Below, in pieces: positions 54,764 through 64,000 of a stretch of 64,000 nt of DNA. The notes beneath the pieces are model-generated. The model did not search any database and was not told where the DNA came from. It saw only the letters and a program-made list of their open reading frames with translations. Positions within the stretch are counted from its first letter, which is position 1; every line of letters begins with the position of its first letter. Origin of the DNA: the human T2T-CHM13v2.0 reference genome, Homo sapiens; the NCBI RefSeq assembly GCF_009914755.1, contig NC_060929.1; one strand, 5' to 3'. A program made the translations under genes and the position numbers.

Positions 54764-55768
54764 AAAAAAGTAAAAGTCAGGTTTTTTTTTTTAAGTTATA
54801 GGTGAATTTAAATTTTATCAAATGCTTTTTGACAATTTTCTAGGCAGTCATATTTTTCTCCTTTGACTTATTAATATGATGAATTTCATTAATGAATATT
54901 CTAAGATTGAAATATGTTTGAATTCCTGGAATGAATCAATTTGCATAATATGTTGTATTCTCATTGTTAACATTTTATTTAGGATTTTTTACATGGATAT
55001 TTAAAAAATTAGGTTGGTTTGCCTTTTTATCTTTGTAATATTTTAGTATCAAAAATTTAACTCAATGAATTTCTAATAGTCTTATCATGTGAACATGCCA
55101 TAAATTAATGCTTCAAATTGTTTCTTCAATATTTAAGGACATTTATTTTGCTTTCAGTTTTCACCACTGTAAATACAGTAACAATGAATACTCTTGTTAA
55201 TTCCTCCTGCCCTTTAGGTCTCGGCTTATTCACTACTTCCTAAGAGAACCCTTCCTGTCTCCTTAAGTACACTGAATTCTCCAGTTACATGGAGGTATGT
55301 TTTCTTCACTGCACATTTTTGCCAGGAATCTACATTGAGTGCGTTTATTTGACTGATGTTTGCCTTTTCCAGCAGATGGTAAGTACCGTAAAGTCACGGA
55401 TCATGTCTAATAGTGCTCATCACTACATACTCCAAGGATTTCTGTTCCTGGCCCATTGTATATGCTTAATAAATGTTTGTATAGAACACCAATTACTATC
55501 TGTCTAAAGAGGATAGGCCTGTTACATAAAAGAGAATATGTTTTTTTTCCTGGCTGCTTGTGTATATTGAGATGGCAAATTTGTTAGTTGGAGCTGGGGC
55601 TGGACTGAATTGTTTTCATAATTTAGGAGAGAGGAATTTGGTTGGAGTTGGAATGATGGAGAAGGGTCAGTGGACAGGATTAGAAAGGCTGAGATGCATG
55701 ATGGGGAAATGGAGCCAGAGGCGCTCTGGAGCTGGTATGAAAGGAATAAGGAGCTTCAGAGAAGGGGA

Positions 55769-55977
55769 TTTTCTTTTCTTTTTTCTTTTACTTTGAGTTC
55801 TGGGATACATGTGCAGAGCGTACAGGTTTGTTACATAGGTATACATATGCCATGGAGGTTTGCTGCACCTATCAACCTGTGATCTAGGTTTTAAGCCCTG
55901 CATGCATTAGGTATTTGTCCTAATGCTCTCCCTCTCCTTCCCTGCCACCCCACAATAGGCCCCGGTGTGTGATGTTC
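55769..55977 (-). mobile_element. Very short L1PA7/8 3' end
   Basis: Antisense L1 3'UTR. TSD TTCAGAGAAGGG at 55755-55766 and 55975-55986. Confidence 0.92.
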
Positions 55978-56289
55978 AGAGAAGGGAATCTTCATATGAA
56001 ATTCTATATAATGGAATCCTTCTCTATAACTCCAACGTCTTCAGCAAAGCCTACTTAAATCTTCAACTGCTTAGTCTATGTAGATTTCTTATGAAAATCA
56101 TTGTTTTGGGGCTCAGGCAGGGTTATTCGCCAAGCACAAAGACATCCACTATCATCTGAGCTTCACTAAGACTAAATTTAATAGACGCAAATGTAAAGCC
56201 CTGCATGTGGCTAAAAAAAAAAAGTCAGATACCCAAGTAGACGTTTTGAGGAGACCTGACTTTGACAACTCTCATTTTGAAAAATTCAG

Positions 56290-56900
56290 GCAATTATCTG
56301 AGTATGACATGAGCCAATTCTGTGTCATCATTATTAAAACCAAAACAATGAATGTAGTCATTAATACTACAGGATTCTGTTCAATGTAGATCATAGTTCC
56401 ACTTCGCTCTATTGATCAGACCACACTTAAAATATTTTTCGTAGTGCTTTACTTTAGTCATTGGCAAATTCTATAGCACCCAGTGCCTGCTACTCAATTA
56501 AAAAAAAAAAAAAAAGACTGGAAGCCATGGCCTAGGAGTAATGGTTGATGGAAAAGGAGAAATTTAACCCCAAAAAGAGAAGACTTGAAGGCCATTGGAT
56601 ACCTGTCCTCAAGTATGTTGAAAGAACATGTTGAAGAGAGATAGATTCTGGTTTATGGGCTGCAGAAGGCAGATTTGAAACAATGGCAGATATTATAGAG
56701 CAGAAGAAGTAGACTCAGTATATGGAAATGCTCTATGATTAAACTGTAATGTACTGTTGTTGGAAGAAGGAGCTTTCTGGACTTGAAGATTCCAGCAGAG
56801 ATTGCATGACCATGTGAAGGAAAGATTGTAGAGGAGATTTCTGCATTGGGTGGGCTGGATTACATGACTTCTTCAATCTTTTTCAGTCGAGAGTCTGTGA
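56290..56900 (+). mobile_element. L3/CR1 LINE relic
   Basis: ATAGTTCCACTT...GATCAGACCACACTT and 3' GAGGAGATTTCTGCATTGGGTGGG...AGTCTGTGA resemble the CR1/L3 3' region; highly diverged. Confidence 0.55.
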
Positions 56901-57429
56901 AAAAGCCTGGCCTTATTGCTTTCACTCTTGTTATTACTACTTTAATATATGCTTTACCCTTCAGGCTACAAGCTCTGTGAGGACAGGACTGTGTCTGTCT
57001 TGTTACCAGGGCACAGCTTAGAGCTTTGCACTGCCTAGGTGCTTGGAATTACTTGGTAAGTTGAAATGAATGACTGCCTTACTCAATAGCCAAGGCTAGC
57101 GGAGCAGTTTAGCTAGTGAGGCAGAGAGAATTAATCAAAGGGATTGGGTCAGTTGATTACGTATCTCCCTGGAACCTATCCTTAACGTGCCAAATATTGA
57201 GCTGACAGGACACCTGGTCTTATTGTCAACGTCACTGTTTAGGTGTGGACTTCAATTTCTCCATTTATGGTGTGATAAAGCAGCATGATGGAGTGGTTAA
57301 GAGCACAGTTTCTGGAGTGAGACTGGCTTGCATTACTTGGAAGTTATTTAGTCTTCCCATATCTCAGTTTTATCTTCTGTAAAACAGAGAAAAGAATAGT
57401 ACCTTCCTCACGGGGTTGCTGTGAGGATT

Positions 57430-57471
57430 ATGTGTGTGTGTGTGTGTGTGTGCACGCGTGCACACATGCAC
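57430..57471. repeat. (TG)n / alternating purine-pyrimidine tract within a MIR
   Basis: Direct read; MIR core upstream at about 57280-57430. Confidence 0.9.
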
Positions 57472-57600
57472 TTGTAAGTTGTTATAAATCGGTGTGAACT
57501 TTTTTCCTTTAAGTTAAGCTATTGGAGCAAATAGAAAATATAATAAGACTCTATGTAATATTCGTGGAGGATGATTCTTTCTATATGTAGGCACTTATGA

Positions 57601-57907
<307 letters not shown>

Positions 57908-59789
57908 TCAAATTCTTATTTGTTCATACACATACTAAAGAAGTAAGGAGGAGACAGGGGCTGAGTTTCAGTCTAGCTTTGCCACATGCCACAGCCATGA
58001 TCTTGGGCAGGCCATTCTCCTTTCTTAAATACAAGTAACATGGGGCTGAGTACACCAGTCTTGATCTTCTTCCAGTGGGCTTGGAGCATGAAATAAAATG
58101 AGCTAAAACATGTGGCAGGGTCTAGCTAACAATATAGAATAAAATGCATACCTTCAGCTCTATTATTGCTCCTATCTTTGGCCCATATACACACTTTGTT
58201 GTGGGGGCCTGGCCCAGCTGCTAGTCTGCAGGGAAAAGATTTCTCATCCTTCCAGGTTAGTTATCCTACTCATAATTCTTTCCTGGGAGAAGGAAAGGAG
58301 GGATGTTTCCTCTGTGCTTTAAAGTTGATCAGGATGCTCAGGTGCAAGGTCTTAGATCAGAAAGAAAAATTGCTATTTAGATTTTTATCCCATTTCTTCC
58401 ATGCTATTTCTTTCACAGTCACTTTAGAAATTTCCCTAGTTCTCCTGTGGCATAAAGTGAGTCAGAATGGCAAATGAAACATGCAGAAGACATAAATTCC
58501 AGGCATAAAATATAAATCAAATATACATCTATCAATTGGCTTTATGCTATCCGAGCTGCCCCCAGGGTGTCAGTGGATCAGGTGAATGGATTTCTGCCAC
58601 TGTGGGTAATTCCATAAGGTAATAGGGTGGGCGCTAATGCAGTGGAGAGGCAATATTCTCCAAGTTATATATCATGGTTTTAGAGGGGAATTTGTATATT
58701 TTGATTTTGCGAGTCAATGAAGTTGAGTCCCTAAGGCACTCTCGGAGCTCAGCCTCTCTGAGACTGTGGAGAGAAGCTGGCTCAAGGCCAGGAACACGGC
58801 CTGAAGAAAATGAAGCCACCTAGGCTCCAGAGGCCTGGTCCAGAAGGGCTCAGTCCTATGGCCTCAGGGAATGCTCAGGGTAGAGAAAATTATCATATAA
58901 ATATTATATGTTTTTTCATTTAATGGGCTAATTTAACTATTATACCAAATAGTGAATTTGTCAAACCAAGTGGGAAAAAATTCAAGCTATTTGATTGACA
59001 ACACTCAACCAGAATGGTCAATCAATTAGTTCTAGTAATTGTGATGATGGAGCTCTGTGATGATGTAGTGAGAGAGAGAAGAAAGATGGAGAAGGAAGAA
59101 ACACCAGGAAAGGCTAATACTCACTGAGCTGACATTTTATTTTCCCAGGTACTGGGTTTAGCAGTTTTCATGCACAAATTCATTTAATCCTTTCTACATC
59201 CCTATCAGGTAGGAACTATGACTTTCATTCACATTTTATGATTGAGGAAATTAGGCATCAAGAGGTTAAGCAACTTGCCCAAGGACCATCAAGTTAGTGG
59301 TATAGCAGGGATTTGTATGCCCTCTTAACCACTATACCATGTCACCTTCAAAGAAGAAAAGTTATTTCCAATTTGGAGAATAGTATTTTAGTCTCCAGGA
59401 AGTCTGACAACTTAGGTTTAGAAAAGCTTGATCGGAAATGAAAGTATTAGAAATGTGCCTGAAAGCAAGTTAGTGCTCTTGAATACATCAGTATGCTTAA
59501 GAATTGTTTCTACAGTTCTGCAAAATTAGTGGGCGGTAGGAAAAAACCTGTTTTGACCTCACTTTAGATAAAATCTGTTAGCAAAACCCATGTTTGGATC
59601 TGAGTTCAAGTAGAGCTATAGAGATCTGGTGAGCTGGCTTAGATTTAAGTGTTTTTGAGGTTCCAAAAATAGGGTCCTAAAGAAGGATGCAGACTTTGAT
59701 TTGATTACCAATGTAGAGCTGTGCTGAACATTTCCAATTGCTGAGGAACCCCAAGTCCAGCCCATATTATGCATATGGCAATAAGCAAG

Positions 59790-60900
59790 ATACAGCAAAT
59801 GAATAGCTATTATCCAACCCCATCTTCCTAACAGAACTCAGTTATATTCAGTCAGTTACCCTTCCCCCATGCAACCATTTACCTCAGAGACAGTTGACCC
59901 CCATCTCAGTCCCCAGGTTGCCTGATTGAGTTTACGATAATCTAATCCCACTAGCTTAAGATTGGTTCAAGAGTTGACATGTGACCTAGTAGTGACCAAT
60001 TAAAGTTGAGAGGAAGTGGTGGAGAGAAGGGGAAAGGTTGGGACTTTTGGGATAAATTTTCTTCTATTTAAAGAGAAATCCCAGAATGAAATCAGCTTTC
60101 TCTTTTCTCCAGAAGTAATTGTGTCTGTGTAGTGATAACTATATATCACAGTGCTTTGAGCTGTTTCTCAAATACCCAAGTAGAATCATCTTTAAAAATA
60201 AGAGCTTATTTTCTAATTTATCACAACAAGAAGTTCAGAAGTAGGACAGTTCTAGAGTTGGTTAATTCAAGGAACACAAGGTTCCTTACATCTATTTACT
60301 CTGTGTGTTAATACCTTTCTCCATGGTGACAAGGTGGCCATAGCAACTCCAAGAATCACCTTCTCACACAGCTGTGTGCAGAGGCAGTAAAAGGGCAAGT
60401 TCCTGACTTGTGTCCCTTTATATAAATATAAATGTTCCTGGAAGGGCCAAAGCCCACTTCCCCTTACAATGCCCAGATTTTGTCAGATATGCATTCTTTA
60501 ACTGACTGTGGGCAGACCAATGAAATATCCGTAATTGGCTTAGATCATGAACACCCACATTGGGAAGGAGTTAATGACGTACACTAATCTCTGATACATG
60601 AACAAAACTGGGCTTCTGTTAGAAAGGAGGAAGGTGGAGAATATGACTGTTGGGTAGACAACCAATAGGGTCAACCAATGCCTGCAACAATGACAGTGAA
60701 TGGCTGCCAGTTTGAATGAAGCTAACACTAAGGATGGCAGAGTGGCGAGAGAGAAAGAATCTAGGTCTTTAATGACATAATGAGCTGCTAAATCAAACCA
60801 AACAAAAAACCTGAGCAACTATCTGTGGACCTCCTGTTATGTGTCGTAAGAAGTTTCTTTATTATTAAACCTGTGTGAGGTTTCTGTTATTTCCAACTGA
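59790..60900. mobile_element. Cluster of old MaLR (MLT1J/K-type) LTR fragments, probably nested
   Basis: CATGTGACCTAG...GACCAAT, GATGGCAGAGTGG...AGAAAGAATCTAGGTCTTTAATGACAT on +, with an opposite-orientation MLT-like piece at about 60150-60670. Confidence 0.55.
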
Positions 60901-62521
60901 GATTATTAAACATGGAGTTTGGTGAATGAATACGTGAATATAATGTTTAAGTTCCTGGGGTGAAGGTCTCATTGTATCTGACTTTGGGATAGGCAAATTT
61001 ATAAAAAGGTGAGGATAAGTAAACTTTTGACATATTGAGTCATCGTTTAAATGTATCAGGGAACACAAAGTGAATTCTTTTCAAAAGATATCATCTTATA
61101 TTTTATTCATCTTATGAAGTTATTCTTTTAAAAAGAGTTAGTGCATACGTGTGGCCATTAGGGTTGAGGGAAAGTATCTCTGTGAGTAACCAGGCCTCTC
61201 CTGGATGGATATAAAGTGGGGAGATTATTTGTGTATGTGGGGGGAGTATTCAGTTTACACATTCACCAAATATTTGTTGAGTGCCTACATTGTGTTGGGC
61301 ACTGTGCTTGGCTTCAAGGATACAACAATGAACAAGACAAACATGATGCTTGCTTTCAAGATTTTGGAATCTGTTATAACAATAATATCCTCTATGTTTT
61401 AAGGATTTAGACCCAAAGATCCCTAATCAATCCTAAACATATAGATAATATTAGTGACAATTTTGTTTTACTAAATATTATACAAATTTAATATGCAATA
61501 TCTGCTGGTTATATAGCACTTACAAAGAGCAAATTTATAAATCACTTAATAGTAATAAATATCTATTGTTGAGGACTCACTATGTGTCATGTGCTGTTCT
61601 AAGTGTCTTATATACATTGCCATGTCCTCCTATAATACTCCTGTGTGATAGATATTACTAGTCATCTCATTTGGCAGATTAGAAGCCTGAGAGATGTTAA
61701 ATATTTTATTAAAGTTATCCAGTTAATAAATTGCTGAGTTGAGACTTGAATCCTTGTTGTCTTATTCCTGAGCCTATTCTCCTTATCCCCGCTATATGGG
61801 CATGCATTTTACTTCCCCATTGTACAGATTTGAATCTGAGGCTCAGACATGGGACATGACTCACCTTTTTTACTGTTGAGGAAGTCTATGCCTATCTCAC
61901 AGGGTCTTATGAGGATTAAATGAGACAATATGTAAAAAAAAAATTAACATGGTGCCTGGTATGCAGGAAGCCTTCAAGAAATGGAGGGCTTTGGTTTGTT
62001 ATTATAAAACCAGGTCTTAAGTTTTCTGGTCTAATGCTTGAGGTTATTAGAAGCCTCTGAATTTTAAAAAGTCACAACATCTTTAAAAATACCATACCCA
62101 GTTCTTTTAAACCCTTTGTACTTATAGGAGTTTATTTGCATTGTAGGAGAAATTGGAGATGGAGATACAGACACATAAACAGTATCAGAAAGTCTCTACT
62201 GTCTCCTTTCACTCTTTTCAGAACAACCATGGTTAGATCCAGAAATCCAGGACTGTGGGCCATTGGGTTCTGTATCAATTTTCAAAAGGTGACATCATAG
62301 AATCACAGAATGTTAGAATTGGAAGGACATGGAATCTAATCTCTCATTTGAAACCTGACCTCCTTTTTGTTTTTTACCTGGATGACACTTTCTGAAATTT
62401 GGATTTGGGCTTTTGGGTACACATGAAGATATTTACCACTCCTTTATCACATAGAGAAAAATCAGGCTAACTCTTTAAAAAAATGTTTGCACTATCACAT
62501 ACATACAGAAAAGAGCTCTAA

Positions 62522-64000
<1,479 letters not shown>

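Noticed and set aside
58553-58570. CTCF-like motif (minus strand CACCCTGGGGGCAGC)
   Set aside because: Three mismatches in the 5' core of the consensus; too weak without ChIP data.

Overview
Primate (most likely human) non-coding genomic DNA, intronic or intergenic. I recognise no host protein-coding exon, intact RNA gene or CRISPR array. The only real protein homology is to disrupted LINE-1 ORF2. The window is a layered record of interspersed repeats: 7 Alus; five L1PA pieces (two long 5'-truncated copies in direct orientation, three short 3' ends); older L1M, L2, L3 and MIR; MaLR/ERVL solo LTRs, several with readable target-site duplications (TSDs); and hAT and Tigger MITEs. The most notable observations are: (1) a retroposed 5' half of tRNA-Cys ending in the anticodon loop; (2) two L1 copies 28.8 kb apart sharing several non-consensus bases; (3) probable short L1 3' transductions; (4) a templated fold-back rearrangement inside an AluJ; (5) repeat-free islands with RFX/NF-Y, STAT and homeodomain motifs and candidate non-coding exons. 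I found no convincing evidence of a new biological system. Repeat subfamily names come from recalled consensus sequences and need RepeatMasker/Dfam confirmation.
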